Of a stretch of DNA of 57,391 bases, positions 35,699 through 43,956 are shown piece after piece. Origin of the DNA: Candidatus Micrarchaeota archaeon (GTDB lineage Archaea; Micrarchaeota; Micrarchaeia; Anstonellales; Bilamarchaeaceae). Location: positions 1 through 57,391 of the forward strand of contig JAZDDV010000021.1 of the NCBI GenBank assembly GCA_043809425.1, read 5' to 3'. Below the pieces are notes generated by a model. The model saw only the letters and a list, made by a program, of their open reading frames with translations. It was not told where the DNA came from and did no database searches. Within the stretch, counting starts at the first letter, position 1. Each line of letters opens with the position of its first letter. Both the position numbers and the translations under genes were made by a program.

Positions 35699-37821
35699 AA
35701 CACCTTTGCCAGGCCAGGTATCTCTATATCGCCGCCGAGCATCTTTGAGAAAGATCTGATGAACATCACCACCACAAGTGTGTTGAAGATTGGGAGAAGG
35801 TAGGCAGGAACCATGAGTTTCGCAACGTTTATCACCTCTGGTTTTCCAACATTTCCTTCAATTATTGTTGAGAAACCAGCCTCACCCCCCTTCGGCTGAG
35901 GCGACTTGGAACAAACCGTTGGGCAATCAACCCTTAGGGGCGGGTCGTAAAGGTAGGCCTCTTCAGCCACCGCGCACCTAACACAACCCTCGGGGTCACT
36001 CGGGTAGTAATAGACGCAAGACTCAAGGGGATCGGCTATGTTAACCGGACAGGAATAGGCATTGTCGCATTTTTCATGGGCAAGGTCTGATGCCGCCTCA
36101 ACGATGTCTACCTTTTCCAAGCCGCGCAGGCCTGGCAACACAACTCTGCAATCAAAACGGGAATAAAGGCAATTATAGCCAGTGACCGCTTCCCTATACT
36201 GGTGACTCAGGAACTCGGAATAGGAATCAGGATCAGTTGCCTCCAGATCACTACTGCATACGCCGAGGAAATTGGCATCGCCCTTGCAGGATGTGTAATG
36301 ACCTGGTGCCTGGGAAGTGACCTCGTCGCTTACCCAATAACCCGCCAGAGGATGATAGAAATTCCATGAACCGATATAATCGCAATTGCTCTTAAGCGCT
36401 GGTTTTATCTTGCATGCTGTCGGGCAGTTTGCCATTTCGGTAGTTTTTATCTGGTATTCGGCGGGTTTGGACGAATCTATGGGAACAAACCTGTAAAGTT
36501 TGCAATCCTGGCGAAGCCAGCTGCACGCCCTTTGCACATCCTTGCTTCCGCAAAGAGGCGAACCATAGGGGTAGGGAAGTTCGCGGCATTCTGCCGGACA
36601 GACAACTGGCTTTGTAAAATCGATTTTGAGATTGCCGTCCTTATCATAGCTGTAAGGGCTTGCATCTCCCCCTGTGAGCGAAGGAGTCATGGCAAGCCAT
36701 TGACAGGACTGGAAAACGTCTCCGTTCGGAGCTGTAACTTCAGGAACCCGGCCGCTTGCAAGGTCGTCGGCCCACCCTGTTGCATACTGGCTGCAGCCTG
36801 AAGCCGAAAGGGCGTTAACAAGGTCGTTTTGCAAAAAGTACTGCTCACCGGAAGACGGGTCTATGAACCCCCTGTTGCCGGCTCCGGCGACAGGTTCAAT
36901 CTTTGGGACGATTGTGCCCTTATAGGCATAGGGCGCTTTAAGCGCGCATTCTTCAGGGCAGTCCGCACCACCGGCGGCGAAAAGCTTATCGCCATAGAGC
37001 GTAAGCTTCAGCGAAGCCATGTCAAACACGTACATCATTGGCATGGCAAACATTATGCCAAAGGCAATGGCAATCAGCAGGCCGCCAAGCTTGCGCGAAA
37101 AGAAAAATGAGCGCAGGAATATTCCGAAAACGAGAATGAGCGGACCGACGTTGAAGGCGAATTTTTCCATGAAAAATTTCTGCGCGTTCATGGATGCGAG
37201 AAGGTTCTGGTACTGCTCAAACACAACACCGTGGCGCTCTGCATCCAGAAGAGACTCGGCACCGGTTGTGAATGAAAGCGATGCCTGGAGACAGGGCCAT
37301 GGCAGGATCATCGCGGAGCAGGAGGTTGTGAAACGCCGGCTGGCGTCCTCCAGGCTGTCAACCATTGTGTTAAGCGACTCCTTGGCACCTTGTTTGGAAA
37401 CGTCAATCATGTTCTGCAGGTAAACAGTCGTAACAGTCTGCATGCAGTCATCGCCGCAGTTTGCGAGCGCATCTATGCGGCTGCTCTTTGCTATTTCCAC
37501 AAGGGCGACATTTGTTGCGGTTAGGACGCTAACGGCAACAACAACGATTATGGCTGTTGCGATGACCTGCGAGAGCTCTGTTGTTGCCCAGCTCTTCAAG
37601 TCAGGCATGTCAAAGCCGATGGAAAGGGCATAGACAAGGGCGATTAAAACAATGGAGAAACCAATGACGAGCAGGATGGCTGACTGCCAGTTGCCTATCA
37701 AACGTTTTGATTCCTGGATGAATTTTGGTTCTGACGAATCTCCCGGGTTCGTGGTGCAGCTCACCGCGTAGACCGAGGAAACGAAGAAAATGAGCAGCAG
37801 CAGTAATGCAAGTTTTCTCAT
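35695..37821 (-). CDS. polytopic membrane protein, paralog family member 3 (708 aa) with ~390-aa Cys-rich ectodomain insertion
   Basis: Signal peptide, with motifs MPDLKSWATTELSQ, FGIFLRSFFFSRKLGGLLIAIAFGIMFAMP and a C-terminal LGGDIEIPGLAKVL. The insertion at about aa 271-660 has four CPxxC motifs (CPEEC, CPAEC, CPTAC, CPTVC). Confidence 0.8.
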   Translation of the reverse strand: MRKLALLLLLIFFVSSVYAVSCTTNPGDSSEPKFIQESKRLIGNWQSAILLVIGFSIVLIALVYALSIGFDMPDLKSWATTELSQVIATAIIVVVAVSVLTATNVALVEIAKSSRIDALANCGDDCMQTVTTVYLQNMIDVSKQGAKESLNTMVDSLEDASRRFTTSCSAMILPWPCLQASLSFTTGAESLLDAERHGVVFEQYQNLLASMNAQKFFMEKFAFNVGPLILVFGIFLRSFFFSRKLGGLLIAIAFGIMFAMPMMYVFDMASLKLTLYGDKLFAAGGADCPEECALKAPYAYKGTIVPKIEPVAGAGNRGFIDPSSGEQYFLQNDLVNALSASGCSQYATGWADDLASGRVPEVTAPNGDVFQSCQWLAMTPSLTGGDASPYSYDKDGNLKIDFTKPVVCPAECRELPYPYGSPLCGSKDVQRACSWLRQDCKLYRFVPIDSSKPAEYQIKTTEMANCPTACKIKPALKSNCDYIGSWNFYHPLAGYWVSDEVTSQAPGHYTSCKGDANFLGVCSSDLEATDPDSYSEFLSHQYREAVTGYNCLYSRFDCRVVLPGLRGLEKVDIVEAASDLAHEKCDNAYSCPVNIADPLESCVYYYPSDPEGCVRCAVAEEAYLYDPPLRVDCPTVCSKSPQPKGGEAGFSTIIEGNVGKPEVINVAKLMVPAYLLPIFNTLVVVMFIRSFSKMLGGDIEIPGLAKVL

Positions 37822-38804
37822 GCGAACGCCCTCAGAGCCTTGTTAATGGCAGACATGAATGTCACTATCAGCGCTATGGAAAGATTGGGCAGGAAAAACG
37901 CCATGGGCAGGATTTTTCCGACATCCCAGAGCGAAACCCCAAAACCCGTTGAATCGCAAACAGGAGCGCCAAGTTCTGTGTTGATTGGCTTATCCTCAAG
38001 AATGCCCTGGTAGGAGGTGCAGTCTGCCAGCGAGATTGAATCATACATCAAAAAGCTGAAGTTTACGAAGAACGGCAGCAGAGCATAGAAAGCAATGCAG
38101 AGCGCAATCAGCAGGTTGCCGCTGTTTCTTGTGGGCGGAAAAAAACGGAGCAGGAACGCAGCAGGAAGGATAAATTTTATTACGAATTCCTTTGTAAACT
38201 GGAGCATCAGGCTTTGGATTGAAATGCTCACCAGCGCGGGGATGGCATAGGTATTGGAAAGGGTCTCGAGCTGCATTGCATAGACCTTTTTGTAGGCCTC
38301 CATCATTGTCGTGAAGGTGCCTTCAAGTATCGCTCCGGCGGTGTAGGCCCAGCCAGAATCCATTGTCATTTTTATCTGGCCATCGACATAGAAGGAAATC
38401 ATGGAGGCTGTTTTTGCCTGAAGCGTTTTTGTGCAGGAGATCGCGTTGTCGACTGGGCCAAAGGCTGAAGAATAACACGTGCCGGTGACAGGGAAATTGC
38501 TGCGGGAAAGATCTATCAGTTCGGTGGAAAGCAGACAGGAAAAACCGACAAGGCTTGCAAAAGTCACCAGCAGCGCAATTGAAATCGCAAGATGATAGGC
38601 CTCGTCTTTTGCAAGCATGCTGAGCTGTGCATTGTGAAAACCGGTTCCAAAAACATAGGCAATGGTGATTCCAAGAACCGAGATCGCTATGAGAACATAG
38701 AGAAGGGTGGCCTGGTCTCCAAGAATGTCTGCAGTGGTGACCAGGCAGGACTGGGCAAAGGCAATGAATGAAAACAGTAAAAGTGCCAATAGTATTTTTC
38801 TCAT
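37818..38804 (-). CDS. polytopic membrane protein, paralog family member 2 (328 aa)
   Basis: Signal peptide, with motifs NAQLSMLAKDEAYH and PAAFLLRFFPPTRNSGNLLIALCIAFYALLP. Its C-terminus diverges (no GGE motif). Confidence 0.8.
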   Translation of the reverse strand: MRKILLALLLFSFIAFAQSCLVTTADILGDQATLLYVLIAISVLGITIAYVFGTGFHNAQLSMLAKDEAYHLAISIALLVTFASLVGFSCLLSTELIDLSRSNFPVTGTCYSSAFGPVDNAISCTKTLQAKTASMISFYVDGQIKMTMDSGWAYTAGAILEGTFTTMMEAYKKVYAMQLETLSNTYAIPALVSISIQSLMLQFTKEFVIKFILPAAFLLRFFPPTRNSGNLLIALCIAFYALLPFFVNFSFLMYDSISLADCTSYQGILEDKPINTELGAPVCDSTGFGVSLWDVGKILPMAFFLPNLSIALIVTFMSAINKALRAFA

Positions 38805-40021
38805 ATCAACCTCTCCATTCCTGAGATATAGGCTTCGCCGCCAAGTGCAACGGCCACAGACCTGGTTGCTGTCACAGTCATCAGCCCTATGAGCAAGACG
38901 TCAATGTAGGATATGACCACAAGCGAATTGACCTGGTAGAGGAAATCAAACACTGCCTCATAGGCGGCATCAACACTAAAGCCTGCACCGGCAGAGGCAA
39001 GAATTTGGTCAAGGGCAAGAAGCCCGATGCTTGTTACGGTGCCAAAGAAGGCGACCATAAGCTGGTAAATCCAAATGCTGAGGAAGAAACAAACTTCGAA
39101 AAACGGGCCGCAGGGGATTGACTGGATGGTGGCATAGATGATTTCGCCCATGGAAAGCAGGACGCGGATTACAGGATATTCGCAGATGGACTCTATTATT
39201 GTATTGGCATTGTACTTTGGCGGAGAAACCGCGTCAAGGTCCAGGGTTGGAACCTCGATGCCTCCCATCTGGCCGTGGAATATGCTTATGATGATAATCG
39301 AAAGGGGAAAGAACAGGTAGACGCCAAGGGAAATGGCGATGAGCGTGGTGCCGACCTGCCTTGAAAATGGAATGACCCTTAGTATGAAACCCAGGGGCAA
39401 CAGCACCGAAAGCCCATAGGCCTTGAAAAAGGCAAGCAGCACGCCTATTGATTCATAGATAAGAATCACGTTTATCAGGCCGCTGGCGCCTGCCTGAAGC
39501 GCCGAGCTAAGCGGGTAGAGGCCGCCATAGCGCGTAAAGCCATAGCCGAACATAAGTAGGAAACCAAATGAGTAGGAAACGCCATAGGTTGATACCGCAC
39601 GAAGACGGCTCATCCCCTTGATGACGTATTCGTAGGCAGTCACCGCGGCTGCCTGCTGCTCTGCGACGGTTGAAGCAGCATAGTCAAAATAATCAGCGCT
39701 CTGCGAAACGACCTGTTTCTCTGCAAGCGCAGACGTTATGATTTCCACAATATAACCCGATGCCCCTACCACCGAGATTACGATTGCCAGCAGCAGTATG
39801 GCTGCTATGAGCTCGCGCGTCTCAATCTTTACCCAGGCATCAAGCTGGGGCATGGAAAAGGAAACCGCCGCCATCTTTGTAGCCGCAAGCATTATTACAA
39901 CAAGCATAACGACAACGGGGAATGCCTTGAAATAATCAGACTGCAGAAAATCATCAGCAGATATTGAAAAAACTAAAGGCGCAAGTAGCAGCAAGAACAG
40001 TGGGATAAGCGACAGGCGCAT
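38801..40021 (-). CDS. polytopic membrane protein, paralog family member 1 (406 aa from ATG 40021), first gene of operon
   Basis: I chose the ATG at 40021 (MRLSLIPLFLLLLAPLVFS signal peptide) because an ATTATATAC TATA box lies 30 nt upstream. The 467-aa ORF-track version would run through the promoter and into the divergent gene. Motifs: MPQLDAWVKIETRE, PLGFILRVIPFSRQVGTTLIAISLGVYLFFP and a C-terminal LGGEAYISGMERLI. Confidence 0.75.
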   Translation of the reverse strand: MRLSLIPLFLLLLAPLVFSISADDFLQSDYFKAFPVVVMLVVIMLAATKMAAVSFSMPQLDAWVKIETRELIAAILLLAIVISVVGASGYIVEIITSALAEKQVVSQSADYFDYAASTVAEQQAAAVTAYEYVIKGMSRLRAVSTYGVSYSFGFLLMFGYGFTRYGGLYPLSSALQAGASGLINVILIYESIGVLLAFFKAYGLSVLLPLGFILRVIPFSRQVGTTLIAISLGVYLFFPLSIIIISIFHGQMGGIEVPTLDLDAVSPPKYNANTIIESICEYPVIRVLLSMGEIIYATIQSIPCGPFFEVCFFLSIWIYQLMVAFFGTVTSIGLLALDQILASAGAGFSVDAAYEAVFDFLYQVNSLVVISYIDVLLIGLMTVTATRSVAVALGGEAYISGMERLI

Positions 40022-40116
40022 AGCAAAAGATACGGCCAGAATGTATATAATCTTTCTGTTGATCTGAAGCGGCGGCAGGCATAATGATTTAAATTTGAAG
40101 CAGTCCAAATTCATAC
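40022..40116. promoter_or_regulatory. 95-bp bidirectional promoter region between the membrane-paralog operon and the 1127-aa gene
   Basis: The minus-strand TATA ATTATATAC (40043-40051) is 30 nt from the ATG at 40021. The plus-strand TATA TTTAAATT (40088-40095) is 29 nt from the ATG at 40117. Both transcripts would be leaderless. Confidence 0.55.
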
Positions 40117-43100
40117 ATGAAAAGGCTATTGTTCGCATTGCTTCTAATTGGTGTGTTGCTTGCACAGGAATGCCCTGAATGCAAGCAGGTTGCCACATTC
40201 CCAAAATCCAAGCTTGTCAGCGTGATGGATGAGCAACAACATCTGATAAGGGTATTTCTGATTAATGATACTATAAATAGGGAAAGGCTGGCAAATGCAA
40301 CCCTGATAGTATATATCTATAATGAAAGCTTTGGCGATTTTGAAAAAATCTACAGTGATAACAATGGAACTGCCTTTTATGATTTTTCAGACCATATGAA
40401 AGACTGCAGGCAGTACAAGTTTATCTATTGCTACTGCCCGACAGGAACAGGATGCCTGCTGAGCCACTGCCTAAACGCAACAGGAGTAACTGTTGGAACT
40501 TTGCCTACAGACATAAACAGCATAAAAGAGGGCAAATCTCCTGTGCCAGCACCTGCAGCGATAGCGCACCCGGCAAACCTGCCGTCTTTTGACATCCAGG
40601 CCTACTGTCCGCCGCCCGAAACAGGGTTGGGGGTTCCGACTTTCTGCATCCCTCTTGCAATACTCTTTGCAATGCTAAGCGGGGCAATGTATGCAAGCGG
40701 AAGAAACCCGTTTCAGGGATTTGACATGTCTGGCCTGCGCAGCGGCAGACACATAAAATACGAGGCCCGCGGAAGAGGCGCCGGCTTTGATTTTTCACAG
40801 CACCTTATGGCTGCAGGAATGCAGGTCGGGATGTATGCTGCGGCAACTGCAGTGGCAGGCGTAGCTGCGGCTGGAGGAAAGGCTGAGTTTGCTAAAGACG
40901 TTAGGGACTACAGGGGTGGTGCAGCAGACATGGGAAAAAGGGCAGGTCTTGCTGTTCTTGGCCCTGGAATTTCAAGGCTCGTTATGGATTATGGCAGGGT
41001 AAAAGGAAAGCAGGCACAGATGCAAGCAGAGGCAAACAAGGCACCAAAGCATGGATTATGGAGTAAACAAGCTGAAAAGATAGGCTTCTGGGGTGCACGC
41101 GGGGCAGCAGAAAGCGACTATTGGAAAGGCATCAGCATCTCTGATAAAAGAAAGGAGCTTGCGGAGAAGCAGGAGATGGGCCGAACAGGATCTGAAGCAG
41201 GCGTAAAAACCGGATTCTGGTCTCCTGCAGGAGTTGTCCTGGCAGGAATTTTCGAATCAAGCATTTTCGGAAGGGCTTACATGAGCGTTCCGACAATGGA
41301 TGTTGCAGGCGCAAAGCAGATTGCACGCGATAGCAAGGAAGTTGAAAAACAAAAAGGAGAAGGGCAGCAACAGGAACAGATGGGACAACGCCTGGGTTAT
41401 GATCTTTTTAGTATCTTCGGAGTAAAAAGAAGCGATTTTGAAAACAAGGGCAACATGAATCGTGCGCAGGCGGCTTACCAGAATCAAAAATTACAGGAGC
41501 TGGCAACCAAAACCGGAGCAACTATTGTTACTTTCAAACAACCTGGCCAGCCAGATGGTATAGCACTCCAATACGTGGTCAAAGGTGCAGACGGAAAAAA
41601 CGTAAATATTTACTGTGAATTCAGGCAAACAGAAAGAGGCATGGAACCAAGATTCATGCTGGTAGACTCACAGGGCAAAATAAGTAACATTGAAACAGTA
41701 TATGAAAGGGGTAAAGGAACCATAGACGGTCATGGTGTAGAAATAGCTCGTGCTAAAGTCGGAGAGTATGATGCAATTATAGGAGGAAAAATCATAAAAC
41801 AAGCGATGATGGACGACATTGTAAAGGTCGATGGAAAACTCATTTATGACCCAATGCAAAAACAGGAAATAATCCAGAAGGCAAAAATCACTGAGGGAGA
41901 TATCGTAGGCCTAACGTTAACTGGCACTACTCTGCAGATTGGAAAACCAGGAGAGGTAGGCACCAAGGGAGATGTGCTTGGTCTTTTTAAGGGGGGAGAA
42001 GCAGCCCTAAATGATGCGCTTAAGAATGGCAGCGATATGGGAGCTGCAAAACTACAATACAACGAAGCAATATATTTAGTTAAACAGGCTCTTGAGACAC
42101 AAGCAGTGGAAGAGAGAAAGGATGAAATTGGAAAACAGAAGCAACAGCTGGAAAAGGATTTGCTTCAGAATACCCCAGAACAAAAACTCTGGGTCAGTTT
42201 AAAAGAAGAAGGAGAAGCGCAGGAGCACATAAAGGAAGCGAATAAGGCTAAGGCAGCTGCAGACCAGGCAAGGGCAGCGGGCGATGCCGATACGGCTGCT
42301 GCATACATAAAGGTTTACAAGGAAAACATTGCTGAAGCACAGAAACACTTGGATGAGTCTGCCAAGCACATGCAGATGTATGGTGACCGAGTACTTCAGA
42401 CACATGGCGATTCGATAACTTTACAGACAATAGATGCTGTGGCAGTTAGAACACAGCAGCAGATGGGCCAGCTTGACCTACAACTGGCTGCTGGAGCTAT
42501 AAGTAAAATGACCCATGAGGATGAGATGGCTAACCTGGAGAATCGCATGGAAAAACTGAGACAATCACAGGAAGCAGTACAAGCTAATCTAGAGAATACG
42601 GGCACCATAGTTGCAATCTATAGAAATGTTGAGGGGATTGCTAAGGAAGCTGGAGTAGACACTAGTGCAGCTGCACGCACTGGTATTGTTTCCACCGCAG
42701 TCCATGAAAAAGCTTACGAGCAAACGACAGGATTTTTAGAAGAAGCCCAGCAGAGAGTCCAGGCAGCCAGGGAAGACCTTGATAAAAGATTCAAAGAAGG
42801 AAAATTAGATCTGGATGGTTACAGGCACGAGACAGAGAGAATGAATAAAACTGAAGATGATCTGACTAGGATGCAAAGGGACACGAAAAGGATCGAAGAA
42901 AATGCAAGCAGGGTGCCGCCGCACGTGCAACAAGAATACCTGGCGCAGATGCATGAGCATTTTGTGAAGACCAATGCTCCTACAGTGGTGGCAGTTTCAG
43001 AGGCCTACCAAACCACAACAACGGCAAAGGAACTTTATGGCAATGCCAGTAGAATTGATAACGCGGTAATACTTGCCAAGGAAGACTCAGTTGGCCAAGG

Positions 43101-43500
43101 AATGGCAATTCTGAATCATGCAAATCGCGACGGAGCAGATTTCGCTGCACCAAAAACAGGAGGACCGAGTTATTTTGCCGCAATGATTTACGAACGTGAG
43201 CTGCAGAGAATGAACGAAACAGGAGACCCTGCGGAGTATCAGAAGATCCACTCAAACCTCATGCAAACAAGCCTTTTGGCGCAATATGCTGCTGAAGGCG
43301 GGAAACAGGCAAAGATGGTAGATGAAGCCCTAAAAGATTCCTACAGAATGCTGAATGAAAGGGAACAAGTCAAAGGAGAAAGGGAAGCTGCCAAGGAGCA
43401 GGATGAGGAAATCAAGAGGACGCATGCAGAAGAAAGGGCAAGGAAACAAGCGGCGATGAACGAGGCTGCAAGAAAGATGAGGCACGGGCCAAAAGACTGA
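40117..43500 (+). CDS. membrane-anchored giant coiled-coil protein (1127 aa)
   Basis: The signal peptide is followed by CPEC, a CarboxypepD_reg-like beta domain with Cys cluster (about 150 aa in total) and a TM helix at about aa 172-194 (VPTFCIPLAILFAMLSGAMYASG). About 930 residues then follow, including a Gly/Ala-rich hydrophobic patch, a beta-rich domain and a long Glu/Lys/Ala/Gln coiled coil from about aa 640. Confidence 0.8.
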   Translation: MKRLLFALLLIGVLLAQECPECKQVATFPKSKLVSVMDEQQHLIRVFLINDTINRERLANATLIVYIYNESFGDFEKIYSDNNGTAFYDFSDHMKDCRQYKFIYCYCPTGTGCLLSHCLNATGVTVGTLPTDINSIKEGKSPVPAPAAIAHPANLPSFDIQAYCPPPETGLGVPTFCIPLAILFAMLSGAMYASGRNPFQGFDMSGLRSGRHIKYEARGRGAGFDFSQHLMAAGMQVGMYAAATAVAGVAAAGGKAEFAKDVRDYRGGAADMGKRAGLAVLGPGISRLVMDYGRVKGKQAQMQAEANKAPKHGLWSKQAEKIGFWGARGAAESDYWKGISISDKRKELAEKQEMGRTGSEAGVKTGFWSPAGVVLAGIFESSIFGRAYMSVPTMDVAGAKQIARDSKEVEKQKGEGQQQEQMGQRLGYDLFSIFGVKRSDFENKGNMNRAQAAYQNQKLQELATKTGATIVTFKQPGQPDGIALQYVVKGADGKNVNIYCEFRQTERGMEPRFMLVDSQGKISNIETVYERGKGTIDGHGVEIARAKVGEYDAIIGGKIIKQAMMDDIVKVDGKLIYDPMQKQEIIQKAKITEGDIVGLTLTGTTLQIGKPGEVGTKGDVLGLFKGGEAALNDALKNGSDMGAAKLQYNEAIYLVKQALETQAVEERKDEIGKQKQQLEKDLLQNTPEQKLWVSLKEEGEAQEHIKEANKAKAAADQARAAGDADTAAAYIKVYKENIAEAQKHLDESAKHMQMYGDRVLQTHGDSITLQTIDAVAVRTQQQMGQLDLQLAAGAISKMTHEDEMANLENRMEKLRQSQEAVQANLENTGTIVAIYRNVEGIAKEAGVDTSAAARTGIVSTAVHEKAYEQTTGFLEEAQQRVQAAREDLDKRFKEGKLDLDGYRHETERMNKTEDDLTRMQRDTKRIEENASRVPPHVQQEYLAQMHEHFVKTNAPTVVAVSEAYQTTTTAKELYGNASRIDNAVILAKEDSVGQGMAILNHANRDGADFAAPKTGGPSYFAAMIYERELQRMNETGDPAEYQKIHSNLMQTSLLAQYAAEGGKQAKMVDEALKDSYRMLNEREQVKGEREAAKEQDEEIKRTHAEERARKQAAMNEAARKMRHGPKD

Positions 43501-43571
43501 ACTTAAACAGGCTGCATCCTAGGACTATTTTGAACCAGTTGAACCAAAAGCCATGCTGCAAAAACCGAAAA

Positions 43572-43621
43572 CTATTTATAGTGGGAAACGCCTCAGTAGA
43601 AAGCTTTAAATAGTGGGAAAC
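43572..43621 (+). promoter_or_regulatory. tandem TATA-plus-ATAGTGGGAAAC repeats upstream of the AbrB-family gene (candidate promoter/operator)
   Basis: CTATTTATAGTGGGAAAC (43572-43589) and CTTTAAATAGTGGGAAAC (43604-43621) share the 12-nt core ATAGTGGGAAAC, repeated exactly 32 nt apart. The second copy ends 10 nt before the ATG at 43631. Confidence 0.45.
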
Positions 43622-43630
43622 TTCCAATAG

Positions 43631-43915
43631 ATGTGTAATAAAGGTGTTAATGATGGTGAAAACGGAAAGGGGTTTCCTTCACAGGAAGGGATTTACTTCA
43701 TTTGCCTTGATTCCAAGGCGCGGTTAGTTCTACCATTAGAAATACGCGACGCACTCGACATCAAAACAAATGGAAAAATCCTCATTAGCGTAAGCGTTGC
43801 GAAAGACGGAGAGGTTATTCTACGGCTAGCGAAAGCTCCGGCTGAAATCAAATCACGCGCATGCTCGCGAAATGCGGGCTATGTAGAAAAAAAACGAGGT
43901 GGAAAAAATGAATAA
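43631..43915 (+). CDS. AbrB/MazE/SpoVT-family DNA-binding protein
   Basis: 94 aa. LDSKARLVLPLEIRDALDIKTNGKILISV...GEVILR matches the swapped-hairpin SpoVT-AbrB pattern. Confidence 0.65.
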   Translation: MCNKGVNDGENGKGFPSQEGIYFICLDSKARLVLPLEIRDALDIKTNGKILISVSVAKDGEVILRLAKAPAEIKSRACSRNAGYVEKKRGGKNE

Positions 43916-43923
43916 AATGAAAA
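43891..43923 (+). repeat. direct repeat copy A: AAAACGAGGTGGAAAAAATGAATAAAATGAAA (SD + ATG cassette)
   Basis: 32 of 33 nt are identical to copy B at 44744-44775. It contains the Shine-Dalgarno-like GAGGTGG followed 5 nt later by ATGAATAA(A/G)ATGAAA. Confidence 0.7.
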
Positions 43924-43956
43924 TAGAAGGAAAGGGGGTTGTAGGCGAAAGCCGAG

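Noticed and set aside
40022-40204. N-terminal 61-codon extension of the first membrane paralog (the ORF track gives 467 aa starting at 40204)
   Set aside because: The extension would run through the bidirectional promoter and overlap the divergent 1127-aa gene. The ATG at 40021 gives a canonical signal peptide and sits 30 nt downstream of a TATA box.
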